Origin: Octopus vulgaris
Taxonomy: Eukaryota
Assembly (NCBI GenBank): GCA_951406725.2
Contig: OX597817.1
Location: 112,468,001 to 112,532,000 of the forward strand
Length of the DNA stretch: 64,000 nucleotides
Direction: 5' to 3'
A program made the position numbers and the translations under genes. The notes beneath the pieces are model-generated. The model did no database searches. It was not told where the DNA came from and saw nothing but the letters and a program-made list of their open reading frames with translations. Positions 38,400 to 52,475 of this stretch are shown one piece after another (within the stretch, counting starts at the first letter, position 1; every line of letters begins with the position of its first letter).

Positions 38400-39800
38400 T
38401 ACTGCAGATCCTTACCCTTAGAAGAATCATAGAGGAGATCGGAATCTCCAAGTACAAAAAATATCAATTGTATTTGTAGATTTCTTCAAGGCATTTGACA
38501 GTGTCAACAGGAGAGTATATACTGTTTTTAACATAGGTATCTCAGATGATATGGACAAAGCCATCACCACCATGTATAAAAACTCATCAAGGTCTGTGTA
38601 AAGCATAAATGATCCAAGAGGAATCCCCTAGGGAGACTCTCTAGTTCCTTTTCATTTTATGATTGTAAGTGGACCACATCCTTAGTCAATGTTTTGATCC
38701 AATCCAAAGATCTCATCATCAAGCTGAAGCAATCAAAACAACAGCAGAGCTTGTATCTCTGATAGTGATTATGTTGATGATTTTCCCCTCATGGCTCATC
38801 AACCATGTGATGCACAAGACTTGTGATTATTCCTTGAGGATACTGCAACTAAAGTTGACCTGTTTCTCAATACAAAGATGACAGGATACATGGCCATCAA
38901 TGAAAATGGAAGTCAGCTGCCAATTTGTTTGAATGATGGCACCCAACTCAAGAGAGTCAAAAGTTTCAAATACCTTGATCATTTTGAAACCAATCTGCCT
39001 AGTTCTATGGTACAAACTCCTTGTTTTAACCCTTTAGCATTTAAACTGGCCATATCCGACCCAAATATTCTACCTTCTTTATGTTCAAACTGGTCAGATC
39101 CAGCCTCTCACACCTATCTGACAATGTCAGTTTTAAAGTAAAGTCACATCATTGAAATCTTAAAGCAATGAGATAATGCATGATGAACTCAAAAGAATGT
39201 GAATAAATATGTATTACATTTGACAGAATATGAATGCTAAAGGGTTAATGTGATCTAAATTAACACTTTCATAAAAAAAATTTCTTGCTAATTTATGTCC
39301 TTAATATTAGCTTAACAATGACAGTTATTTTTACAAAATTCTTCATTATTTTCAAAATTAATTGAAACAAAATCAGTGTAATTCAGAGATATGGTAACAA
39401 AAGGGTTGAATCCTATGTTGCTGAAAGTACTGTAAGAAAGTAAGGGATAAACCTGGGGTATTGCAACAAACTTCTGAATATCTAGGAATCAAACAGCACA
39501 AAGTCAATAAGACCTGGTCTTCTTCAGGGCATGTGTAGAGAACATTCTTCTCTATGGAGTTGAAACCTGAACTCTGATGAAGGAGCATCAAAATCAAATT
39601 AAACCAAAAATGAGATTTATGGGTACATTCTACCAATTCCTACTATTTTTGTTCAATGCAAGATAGGATTTGCTGACCATTGCTTAAATACTTAACAAAA
39701 AAGAAGCCATAATTTGATGCCATACTTTGGAAACTTCCACACCCTGAGAGAAGATGAAGACCACTAAACTACATTGATGTTGTTGGCAGAGAAACATAAG
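38400..39800 (+). mobile_element. Highly decayed LINE RT fragment (RTE-like), interrupted by MITEs
   Basis: IVFVDFFKAFDSVNR near 38467, GIP*GDSLVPF near 38620, RVKSFKYL near 38952. Confidence 0.65.
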
Positions 39801-41339
39801 ATGAATCTAAGGACCTACCAAAGTTAATAGTGGGGGGGGGGGGGGGACTAAGCTTCTTGGGGTTTTGTGGCAAAATACAACTCGGATGCAGTCACTAGAA
39901 GATGTATTTATAAATGGCTAAAGTCACTATCAAGATGCATGATCTAGTTTTGATATACAATTTCATGTCAAACATCTTGACATGGAAGCAGAACAAAAGA
40001 ACTTTATCTTTAGATATTCTTCTTTGGTTTCTATATGATTAGAAATTTCAAACTAATAAAATTAAGTTTTCTTAACCAGGATTAAATGCAGAAAAAAAAA
40101 AATTGCAGAACATAAACTCAATATTGAAACTAAAGCCAAGAGGAAATATTTCCTTTGAAATTAAAACTTCAATAAAAATTGATTTAAGTTTTAATTTCAG
40201 TTTCATTTTAAAAACATATTTTAATTTTATTCACCACAGGATTTGTTTCAGTTTATGAAAGCATCAACTTTATATCATTCTGAAATTTTAAATTAGAAGA
40301 AAAGAAAAGTAACAGGGATAAAATTTGAACTGAAATTTCTATTTCTAATTTGCTTAGATTTTTAAAGCTTTGTTTTTTTTTTAAATTCTAGTGTACAGTT
40401 GTTTTTCTGTTTTTCTAATATAAATGATATAATTGAAGTAAAATGGATCCAATCAATGATCACAATATTCTGCAAAGCCAAAACCAAATATGTCTAAAAG
40501 AATCTGATTTTGTTAGTACAATTATAAATTTTCAGATTATTAATCTAACATCATTAATAAGTTGAAGAAGCCTAAAGAAGATTGGAAACCGAATCAATCA
40601 GAACATGGTGCAGATGTAAATATTGTAAAAACATTTATTCTCAAGAAATAAAGTTTGAAAAATTAATGAATTCATAGATCTATGTATGAGAAGAAAACAG
40701 CTAAATTGTGAGGTTTGTGTGGTCCCCAAGCAATATTTGGCATAATGATTTCAGATTCTACTGCTTTACTTTGACAATAATGGTTTATAATTAGGTTTCA
40801 AATTTAGGCCCAAGGCTTCAAATTTTGGACACTGGCATAGTTGAATTATAATCATATATACAACATCAATTTTCTGGAACAATTAGTTCCAAACCTGGGG
40901 TGGTCACCTCTAAATTAAACAAATATTAAATTTACTTAGATAATTAAATTAAACACAAGTACCTGTACATGGTACTGTGAAACAGGATCACCCAGTACAC
41001 TAGTCTGGTAGCTCCAAGAATTTGAAGTTCCTGCTCATGAATCAGTGTGGGTTATAAGAGGTTCTGGACCATCAGGGTCCGGAAGGTCAGTGTTGTATCT
41101 GTACTAGACAGTTTCTGTGAAGTACTTATTATTATACAACCCTTAAAGGATAAAAAGCAAAGTCAACTTCAGCAGCCTTTTTGATAACTTGCAATATAAA
41201 AGACTATAACTAAATAAAATAGGGCAATTTAGCCAAATCTCTAACTACCATGTCAATTAATAATAATGGTCACAAGAAATAGTCAGCAAAAGGTACTTTT
41301 ATTTATAGTGTAATATATAAGTACAGTCATGGCTGTATG

Positions 41340-41379
<40 letters not shown>

Positions 41380-41477
41380 TAATGTGTATGTATACTTATA
41401 TATAAATATAAATGTAAGAATGTATATATAAATATTATACATATATGTATGTATTTATACATATGTGTGTGAGTGTT

Positions 41478-41515
<38 letters not shown>

Positions 41516-41538
41516 TAGATAGATAGACATACATACAT

Positions 41539-41569
<31 letters not shown>

Positions 41570-42353
41570 ATATGTTAAAAATACCCTGTGTTATTTGATT
41601 ACATTCCTGTAACATCCTTTTGTGCTCACATCAACTTTACTGCAGCACCTTATGAGGATGATAAACATAAATACCTAACAAAGTATTCAAGTTGATACAA
41701 TCAACAAAACAAATCCACTAAAACGATGCTCCAGCATAGCCACAGCTTAATTCTTGAAATGAGTTTATATATACTTTTAGAATAAAAGAATACTTAGAGT
41801 AATCCTTAGAAAAATGAAATAAAACCTAAAAGAATTCATTTTATATCTAAGGATTTTTGTTCTCAAGAAAAAAAAAATGTCCAAAAAACATTAGATTCAA
41901 AAGCTATAATATAATATGCATTCAGCACACTGAAGAATGTTACTTAGTTATTTATAATAGAAGGTCTTATAGAATCAATATTATAGAATATAGGACAGCA
42001 TAATGCCATTAATGGAGATGCTTTTAACATAAAAAGCAATATATCTAATAAGTTGAATCATTCTTTAGAAGTATTTACAAATAATAATGATGATAAACAA
42101 AGAAGTTAATGGTAAGTATTATCACCATGTAGTCAATCACATCACTTTCGATGTTACAAACTAAAAATTTTACTTTAAAGAAAAAAAGAAAGAAAGAAAA
42201 CAAGTCTAATACCAGCCAGAGGAGAGATAGAAAAAAAAATAAACTGAAGAATAATGATACATAGAAGCTAAAAAATTTTTTAGAAAAACTGTTACAAAAA
42301 TTTATTTGATGCATTACTATGTATTGTATTATATTATACTATTATGTATTATG

Positions 42354-42390
<37 letters not shown>

Positions 42391-42440
42391 TTATCCACAA
42401 TAGCTGAATTCTGAGAAGGATACATCAGAACTAACAAGTA

Positions 42441-42474
<34 letters not shown>

Positions 42475-42781
42475 ATGTCTATCTATATGTCTATCTGTAT
42501 ATCTATCTATCTATCTATCTACATCACAAACAAACATTCCTAGAAGTATTTACAGCAAAGTTACATAAGAATGATCAGGTAGTGATGAAGAAATCATTTT
42601 CAAAAGAAGCAACTTAAATCAAATGAGTGATGTGAGTTTATTCTATCTATATTGATAGAGTAGTAGAATATGACAACCAGGAATCTTAGCTGTGGATAAA
42701 GCAATTCGGAAAGCAACCAATACAATCAAGAAGTAGAGATTTACTGCAAAATAGGAGTGATGAGAAGATACATGTGTGTGC

Positions 42782-42812
<31 letters not shown>

Positions 42813-44060
42813 ATTGTTACTATGAAGGTTGTTTATAAGCATGCATGTATGTACCTACATGTATGTAAGTGTAAAATACCAAGTTTACAGAAATCATAAT
42901 TGTCTGGGTTAGTTGTACAGAGAAAGCAGAGCATACAGCTGTAAACATAAAGTATAACAATGTAAGATGGAGAGGAAGAGGAGAGACAGTGAGAGACAGA
43001 GAGAGCGAGAGAGAAAGACTTACTTAGAGAAAGAGAGAGGGAAGGAGTGAAACACCTGTTCATAACAGATGAAAGAGATACAAAACAAAGCTTTAGCACA
43101 TACAGTAAGGAATATTGTAATTAAAAATCTAAATATGAACGAGAAAATAATAGTAAAGAATAACGAAAACAAAGAAATGTGGCAAGAATTTGGCAGTTAA
43201 ATCTTATAGACAGTTCAAGTGCTATCATTTTCGTTTTATTAGATGCAAATATTGTAGGTAGGAGAGGGTTACAATCAAGTAAATCAACCCCAGTATATTA
43301 CTGTTACTTATTTTTTTTCTTCTTTCCACCACCCCTAACTCTCATCACCTCCTGAATGGAGACAACAGAAGCCGACTACTTTAACAGGATTTGAACTCTG
43401 AAGAGCGGGATTATAAATTAGTTGTAGTATAGTCAAGTCTCCTATCTAACAATATTTTACCATTTGTTGCAGGTCATAGGGAGCAGTCAAAGACAAAGTA
43501 GGTTTGTCTAAGAAGTCAAATCATAACAACTTAATGAACCATCTTTACATGTCTTCTGTACAGATGGTTTAAGAGCTTAGAGACCTTTAATTTTAATAAA
43601 AAATATTATATAAAGAGCAGAAAGGAAAGCAATAAATAGATATTCTCATGTGCCTATGTGTATGTATAAATGTATAAACACACACACACATACACACACA
43701 CAGAACACAAACATACATAGAGAGAAACCAGGAAAAAAAATATACAGCAAACAGCAGAAGTGAGAGAAAATGGATTGGAAGTCAAGTTAAGAGGAATCAC
43801 TTACCCAAACAACTGAGAAGAAAAGAAGAAAGTAAATGATGCTAAAGGGAGAGGAATTTACTAGAATCTAATAATCGTCTGTGTCTAATAGTCTTTCAAT
43901 TTGAATTTTTTCCTAAAAATATGAATACAGAAATTAAAGCATTGAAGCAAAAATTTCAAGAGCTAGTTGAAAACTCCATTGTAAAAAAAAAAAGGTTTGT
44001 GCATGCATTTATATTATATATATATATATATGAAATATATATACATACATATATATATAT

Positions 44061-44101
<41 letters not shown>

Positions 44102-45360
44102 AATGATAATAACCTTACTTACTCACACATTTCTACTGTTGTTATTGTTACTGGAGTTATGACTGCTGCTGCTTCTTCTTATGTTGTTATCACTGCTAAT
44201 AATAATGATAATAATAGTGTTGTTGTTATCGCTGCTGCTGCTACTGCTGCTGCTGCTAAGATGTGTTCATCTTCATTTGACTTTTTCCAAGAACTGCTAC
44301 CATATTCCTGCTGGCTTGCCTGCATGAAGAACTACATCTCTGCTACTACCGCTGCTGTTTTTACAACTGCTGCTGCTGCTGCTTCTGTTACAACAACTAC
44401 TACTACCACTGCTGCTGCTGCTGCAATGTTAGCCAAGCTGATCACAAAGAACCAGGAACACCTTCAGGACTGACTGTAATTAATGCCAACTTTACCCTCT
44501 CCCCACTGTCCCCAACCATCTATGCTTCCCTCCTCCAACATATTACACTGTCTATTACTCAGCCACTAAGACTAGCCGTAGCAGTAGTGATTGAGCAGCA
44601 GTAGTGGTAGCAGCAGCAGCAGCAACAGATGTAGTAGCAGCACTAACAGTTATAGTATTAATTGTAGCAGTAATAGTAGTAGTAGTTACAGCTGCAGTAT
44701 CAGTACCAGCAACAGCAGCAGTAGTAATAGTGACATAGGTGACAGTAAATGGCAGAGATGAGGGGAGGAGGGAGGCAGAGAGAGATAGAGTAATACGGGA
44801 GTAGGAGGAGGGGGAGGTGAAATAAGAATTGTTGTGCAAGTGATAATGCAGTGTGCTATAATAGTTGATTGAATATTGTGGTCATGTGACCTAGTATTTA
44901 TACCTAAAGAGAGCTGGTATCACCTCAAATTACTCACAGGTAGTAGTAGAAGTAGTAGTAGTAGTAGTGGTTATGGTTTTAGTAGTTGTAATAGAATATT
45001 AGTTGCAGTTGTAGTGGTTACTAACAGCTGTTGTAGTTTCCTTAACCGCAGTAGTAGAAGTAGCAGCTGTTAGGGGAAGCATCCTTAACTTTAAGTTCCC
45101 CCCAACCAGCACCAACACACACACACATACACTCCCCTCTGCTTCCTTGAATCTCAGACATTTCATCCCAACCTATTTCACCATCCAGAAACCCACCTCC
45201 TACCCACCCGACCCTTATGAAATACATCTCACCTTCCCATGCTTTTTATTCTCCCCACTAACATCAGTGATTAATTAGTGATAGATAGCAGGGCTGGTGA
45301 TGGTGGTGGTGGTGGTGGTAGGTGCAGGGAGGGGAAACAAAGTTGGTTCATCCTATAGAT

Positions 45361-45652
45361 CAGTGCTTCTCAAACTATGTGATGCAGTGTACCAGCAGTT
45401 TTTTTTTATTCCAATGTGCCAGGGACTGGTAATATTTCGTAGTAATATTAATTTATACCAGAAACAATATATATAAAATGAATATAATAAAAGTTGACAA
45501 TTTTTTTTCATCTTATATATATTTTGTAAACAAATAATACAATATTACATAAGCATTTTATAATGTTTCTTTTCTGGAAACTTGCCATGTACCGGTAGCT
45601 GATGGCTCATGGACCGGCAACAGTCTGCGGACCACCACTTTGAGTAACACTG
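45361..45652. mobile_element. hAT-type MITE, 292 bp
   Basis: TIR CAGTGCTTCTCAAA / TTTGAGTAACACTG; 8-bp TSD CTATAGAT / CTATAAAT. Confidence 0.88.
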
Positions 45653-45969
45653 CTATAAATAACACTGAAGATAGTTGGATCTCACCCACTCCTATATATC
45701 CTTATGTTGATTGTGTGAGAGAACAGTAACAAGGGGAAAAAAACCCAACAAATATTTACAGAAATGAAATGGAAAAGAAGAAAAAGTAGGTTTTATATTT
45801 TGTGTGAAGTTGAGGGATGGAGGTAAAGTAGAGAGAGAGGGGAGAAATACCTTTGTGTTAGAGAAAGAGAGATGCAAAGAGGAAAACAAACAAAAGATTA
45901 CATATTTATTCATACAACAACAGGGTGGGGGGGGGCGACTCTCCTCTTCACTATCATTTGTAATCAAAG

Positions 45970-48630
45970 ATGACTTGGTACCAGTATATACCATATTTTT
46001 ACTTTATGAACTAAAGGTATGTATAAGCATGCTCTATAACCGTGTTTACAAGGGGATTTTTAGAAAAAAAGAATAAAAAATAGTTCACAATTACAGAGAT
46101 GACAAAATTCCTTGCCTTTATCATAAGGGAATGAAATGGAGAGAATCAACCAATCTAAATTAAATTGTTTATTATGGTCTTTTAGATACCAAATTAACTT
46201 ACTAAGCCCTGTACTGTTATGTTTATTACCATCCCTAAATGTAGAGTAATGATTAGAAATTCTTTTAGATAACTGAGAAGAACTACCTATATAAAAAAAG
46301 ACATCGGTACCTGAATTACGAGACATAAACTTAATTCTGTTGAAATTGACTTCAGAGACAATAACCTTGTTATTAATATTTCTAGTGGGATGGATGGTAT
46401 TAGCTAAATTAATGTTAGTATTAGTCAATTGATTTTTATTTAACAGACTAACATTATGTGAGGAGATAATTTCTAACAGATTTTTTGTGTTAGTAAAACC
46501 AATCCTAACCATGTGCAAGTTGATAATAGAGTAATACCAAGAATTCTTTGGAAAATTCCTAATAATAGCTTCCTGAAACTGGAAAGAAAATTAGATTTAA
46601 TTTGCCTCCCAAAAGGAATAATCAACCAAATAGTTTTGCTATTAGTTGCCTTATTTTTAGTGCAACTATCTTTAAAAGACATCGACTTACCTTTAGAATG
46701 AAAAAAGATGCTTAAATAAGGGTTAACTCCCTTCCTATGTTTGGTGTTGGCATATAAATTAAAATTGATATCGATTATATCCTTACAACTAGATTTCATG
46801 TCTACTAAAGGTAGAATAAGATTGAATGGAATTAATGTAGGTAACTTTATCTGTATAACCTGCTTTAAAGGCAGAGTTATAAAATTCAGCCTTGTCATTG
46901 AAAATGTCAACATTAGCTGATAACTTAGACAATCTAAATTAAATATTCTTAACTAAGTTCTTAGTGATTGCCTTAGAATGATAACTGAATTGGCTAATAT
47001 ACTTAAGATAGTTGATGGTTTGTGGTATGGGAAGTACAAATTATTGTGTAAGTTAAGTGAAATATCTAAAAAGTTGGTATTTGTTACATCATCATCAAAA
47101 ACGATGCCTAAGCCCATTCTACAGCAAAACTTAACTAAACTATTCTTAACCTTTTGTACTTTTAGGTCAGAAACATTTTGCAGGTAAAGTAAACAATCAT
47201 CATGATATAGACCTCCACTGATGCTTGGGAACTGGTCTGCCATTTCATAAATTATATATATACAGACCAAATCAGCTACTTGAGCTGAATCAGAACTTCC
47301 CATCCTAACATCAAAACCATCAGGTGTGTCTTTATGGATCCACATCTTATTGTCAAACTTTTTTCTGGCTGCCAACACAACATTAATTTTTCCCTGGTGA
47401 GACCAGCTTTGTTATGAGCAAGCCAAAGAGCCTTATTTAATACTATTGGGTTGATGGAGGAATAAAAACTAGAAATGTCAAACTGGATAAACTTAGTGCT
47501 ATTCTTATTAGTAATAAAACTAAACCAGTTGATGACTTGGAATGAATTGGACCATAAACTAAGCTTTAATTTTTTAACTAATGTAGGAATATATTTATCT
47601 AGAATATTTTTACTAAGTACACCAATGTCAGAGCTAGGACTCTTTTACTTGTTTCAGTCATTTGACTGCAGCCAAACTGACCCCAGGACTTATTCTTTGA
47701 AAGCCTAATACTTATTCTATCAGTCTCTTTTGCCGAACCACTAAGTTTATGGGGACGTAAACACACCAGTATCGGTTGTCAAGCGATGTTGGGGGGGGGG
47801 GCAAACACAGACACACAAACATACACACACACACACACACACACATATATATGTATATATACATATATACGATGGGCTTCTTTCAGTTTCCATCTACCAA
47901 ATCCACTCACAAGGCTTTGGTCAGCCTGAGGCTATAGTAGAAGACACCTGCCCAAGGCGCCATGCAATGGGACTGAACCCGGAACCATGTGGTTCATAAG
48001 TAAGCTACTTACCACACAGCCACTAAGTCTTAAGGATGGGTTATCAAAAAAAATTTTGTTTATGATCTTTCAAAATAAAACGAGGCTGCTTAGGATGAAG
48101 TGGTTCTGTCTTCATCTGTAAGTTATACCTCTCCATAATTTTCTTAGCCTCAAGGTTGGCTTTCCTGAGTGCACCTTTACCAGTAATCCTATAGTTTTTT
48201 TAATTTCTTTTTTAAGTAGTTCTAAGTAATAGTCCTTGGTAAGTTTGTACAGGTTTCCCGTTTTATCTGATTGAACCAGCATACTATCCATGGTATTAAT
48301 TTCCTTGGTGATATTGTGAAGATACCTCATATGTTTATTACTTAGCGGTGATGGGTGAAATTTTACATTTCTCACAATAGACCAGAGATCAGCTTCAAAC
48401 TGTTTCAATCTTGGGCTAGGTGGTGGATTGTTTTTAGATTTAAATAATTTCTTAAATTCAGAGGTTATATCATTAGTGGACTGTTGAATGTCCTTGTTGT
48501 TGAAGAAAAAGTTGAGCCATCTGATACGGTTAATGAAGGAATTTGTCTTATTAACAAGTTGCTTAAGGAAAGCATTCTTTGGGGGAATGGGTATATCCTT
48601 AAGAGACGCGTTTATATTAAATAACTCCAT
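45970..48630 (-). mobile_element. Penelope-like element (RT + GIY-YIG endonuclease), frameshifted and interrupted by a SINE at 47639-48024
   Basis: SLKDIPIP...RIRWLNFFF, SDKTGNLY, FDVRMGSSDSAQVADLV, GGLYHDD, FLDISL, YHKP, then FYIGSS...RISNH...STGLSKLIW...CHLCNCE. Confidence 0.9.
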
Positions 48631-49083
48631 ATGTGGTAACTATTTTATTAGCAGGCAATATGGAAACCTGGTTGAATTATATATTAAAAAAATGTGCGTA
48701 TTTTTCCCTTGTTTACAATTAACACAGAAAAATTAGATAAACTTTTCTCTTATACAGTCTTTCTTCTCTCAGACCTTCAACCTCTATTATAAATACAAAC
48801 TCCCTCTCTCTCTCTTTCTGTCTCTTCACTTCTCTCCATCATGCCTCTTTTTCTGTCTCTTCACTTCTGTCTGTCACACCATCTTTCTTCTCTCAACCTC
48901 TCAATCTTCCTAAATACATAGATACAAACATTTTCTCTCTCTCTCTCACTCTTCCTCTCTTCTCTCAGCCTCTCAATCTCTCTAAATACATAGACACTCT
49001 TTTTTCTTTATTTCTTCACTACCCTCCATCGTACCGTTAAATTTTAAAAAACAAATAGATAAATAAATAAAAATTCCATAAAA

Positions 49084-49688
49084 ATGTCTAGAAACTGGAG
49101 GAGCATGGAATTGGCATTGTTTTTGACAGCTTGTTACTGTGCTGAAGGAGATAACCCAAACAATATAATCACAGCTGTGCTGAAGAGCAATGGTTACACC
49201 AGAACTTTAGCACAGATAGAACAAAAGAAGTAGGAGTTTACACGCTCCTACGCTCTCATACAATTCCATATCAGCACTCTTGATACCATCCTTGATAATG
49301 AACACAGCAAAGATGACAAGGATGGATGCAGATGAAAGATGTCACCCCCACTTGGTAGACACTCAAGAAAAAGAAGATTCAAGCGAAAAACCTGTCTGGA
49401 AAGTAAACCCAAATCCAAGTGCCGCTACCACCATCAAAGCGAAAATCTGTGGAGGTGAAAGAGCCAAGAAAGAACAACTAAAAGAAGCAAAAACTAAAAC
49501 AAAAATAAAAGATGAAACAGCCAAAAGAAAGAAGCAAACCTAACCACCCATATAACAAAAAGGATAAAAAGAGACAGCAGATACGAATGTGCAAATTCTA
49601 CTTGAAAGGTGTCTGCTGGCATGGGGAGGGAGGTGAAAGCTGCCGTTTTGCACACCAAAGACCACCACATAAACATGAAACAGGGTGA
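49084..49688 (+). pseudogene. Disrupted ORF with Myb/SANT(trihelix)-like N-terminus, Lys-rich linker and CCCH zinc finger
   Basis: MSRNWRSMELALFL...VLKSNGYTRTLAQIEQKK* (TAG at 49231), and CKFYLKGVCWHGEGGESCRFAH at 49590-49655; needs one stop read-through and two frameshifts. Confidence 0.5.
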
Positions 49689-49894
49689 AAACCACCTGCC
49701 AAAAGTCATTTGACTGCGGCCATGCTGGACCACCGCCTTTAGTTGAGCAAATCGAGCCCGGGACTTGTTCTTTGTAAGCCCAGTACTTATTCTATCAGTC
49801 TCTTTTGCTGAACCGCTAAGTGACGGGGACGTAAACACACCAGCATCGGTTGTCAAGCAATGCTAGGGGGACAAACACAGACACACAAACATAT

Positions 49895-49937
<43 letters not shown>

Positions 49938-50926
49938 TACGACAGGCTTCTTTCAGTTTCTGTCTACCAAATCCACTCACAAGGCATTGGTCGGCCCGAG
50001 GCTATAGCAGAAGACACTTGCCCAAGATGCCATGCAGTGGGACTGAACCCGGAACCATGTGGTTGGTAAATATTGTAAATAATTATATATGAAATATAAT
50101 TCAATTAATACATTTAAAATTAAAATGTTCGCGCTGCATTACATAAATATTTTACAAAAGTATATACCCATACTAGACCATCTATAATATACATATATAT
50201 ATCAAAATACACAGATGCATGCACATAGCTACATACATATACAGGCATATATATGGAAAATATAAATATATGCACAAATACACATATACACATGTACATA
50301 TATGTATGCAACCATGCCCGCGTACGAAAATCTGTTGATGTATACATATAGGAGTCAGTTATAACAGACAAGATAGATGGGAAGTATATCTTAAACGTAG
50401 GGAGACGGAAAGAAAAAGAAAAAGAAGGAACCTAAAGATAACAGCTAGCGAAAGAAAGAGGTAAGTGGGGGAGAAGAGGAATGCATTGTTTAAGGATGCT
50501 ATCAAAGTAACGAATAGGGAGAGAAAGGATACTTTGCATAAGAAGAAAGAAAGGTGATGGGATATATGTAACAAACATACACACAATAAAATTACATATA
50601 TATGTATATACAAAAGTGGATATTAGTATATAAATACACATATAAGATCACGTATATAAATACATGGAAATATGCACGTAAATACACAGCCATACGTAAC
50701 TAACTGCCATTCTCTCTCTTTTCCACTTCCTTCCTAAAGACAAGACGTGCTTTTATCTGTCTCTTCTCAAAGCTCGTTTTTCTAGCGTTCACCACTTCAC
50801 ATCATCTTGGCTTAACAGCCCTCACCGTTTGTTTTTACTGTTTTGTTCTCACTGTCCTGTTTTTGTTACCACTTTCACCCTCCGCAGAAAATCCCAAATT
50901 TTATTTAATTTGCTTTGCGGGAAGGA

Positions 50927-51003
50927 CTGTTTTAACGAAATTGTGTCTTGTCCTTACCTCCGAAATGCAGAGTAGATAAAACAGGGGACAACTGATGAAG
51001 GGA
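50927..51003 (+). ncRNA. Candidate non-circularly permuted hammerhead ribozyme
   Basis: GTC at 50945-47, GAAA at 50962-65, CTGATGA at 50992-98; stems I, II, III and an extra helix can all pair (see finding). Confidence 0.65.
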
Positions 51004-51462
51004 ATGTTCTTTATGTTGCATGTCTCATTTTTCTGATTGTTTTTTCGTTGTTCGAAAAAATGTTTGAAAAAGTTTTGTTTTTTATGTTCTTATTTCTCAT
51101 TCTGTCCACGTTTTTTTGATGTCCTGTACCCATATATGCATGTGTAGAGACATATATATGTAGGTATGTACATATATGCATGTATATATGAATATATTTA
51201 TATATTATTATATGATCGTATGCCACACATTCTTTTCCAAGTATGTTTTATCTCTCTCTCTATATATATATATATAAGGCAGCGAGCTGGCAGAAACGTT
51301 AGTATGCCGGGCGAAATGCTGTCTTCTGAGTTCAAATTCCGCTGAGGCTGACTTTGCCTTTCATTCTTTCGAGATTGATAAATTAAGTACCAGTTTAGTA
51401 CTGGGGTCGATCTAATCGACTGGGTCCCACCCCAAAAATTTGGGGCCTTGTGCCTAGAGTAG

Positions 51463-51605
<143 letters not shown>

Positions 51606-52195
51606 ATGTATTATAGTGTGTATGTGTGCATCTGTTTGTATCTCCTTATCCCAACATTGTGTGTTTGTTGTAAACGAGTGCCATTGTTATAGGAACAGTG
51701 ACATTAATTTCCAATATTCTGAGAGAACATGGGGAAACATTACCTTCCTTGGAAACACATGATGGTTAACAACAAAAAGCGCATCCAGTCATAGAAAATC
51801 TGCCTCAGTAAATCCCATCCAGCCTGTGCAAGCACAGAAACGTGGATGTTAAAATGTGTGTGTGTGTGTGTGTATGAGAAAGAGAGAGAGATCATTTTGC
51901 ATATAGTTTCCATAATAATAGCAGAGGGTGGGGTTTCTCCAGGGTCTGTTCTGGAATAGTTTCTACAGCTGGATGCTATACCAACCATCTTACAAAGTAC
52001 ACTGGGTGCATTTTTCTTCTTTGTGACACCAGCACTTGTCCTCAATGAAACTAAATGTTTCACTCAACTCTACATTGTATTTGCTTTATTTGCCAAGCAC
52101 TTTGCAGGGCGCATTTACCATGGTTGATACAATGATGAGGCTACTTTGTAACTAAAGTTTTAAAGTGGTTCCATGACTAAGAGTGTGTGAAGTAC

Positions 52196-52253
<58 letters not shown>

Positions 52254-52419
52254 GTAGCTTCATAAGGATAGACTTCTGGATTATTTATTTGGGGCAATTT
52301 ATAATCTATCAATAAACTAAATTTTTGTTTTTCCATTTGGTGCATAGATATAAAGACTTCTTTTAGCTCACAGCTGATGCTTTTTGAGGGTCTTTTGATT
52401 GTCACCCTAATGAAATTCC

Positions 52420-52475
<56 letters not shown>

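Noticed and set aside
40962-41070. Possible extra minus-strand exon in the large intron
   Set aside because: It would interrupt PHD2, the flanking exons already join in phase, and the translation is unrecognisable.
43997-44839. Poly-Ala/Thr ORFs
   Set aside because: Trinucleotide low complexity, with no splice or domain support.
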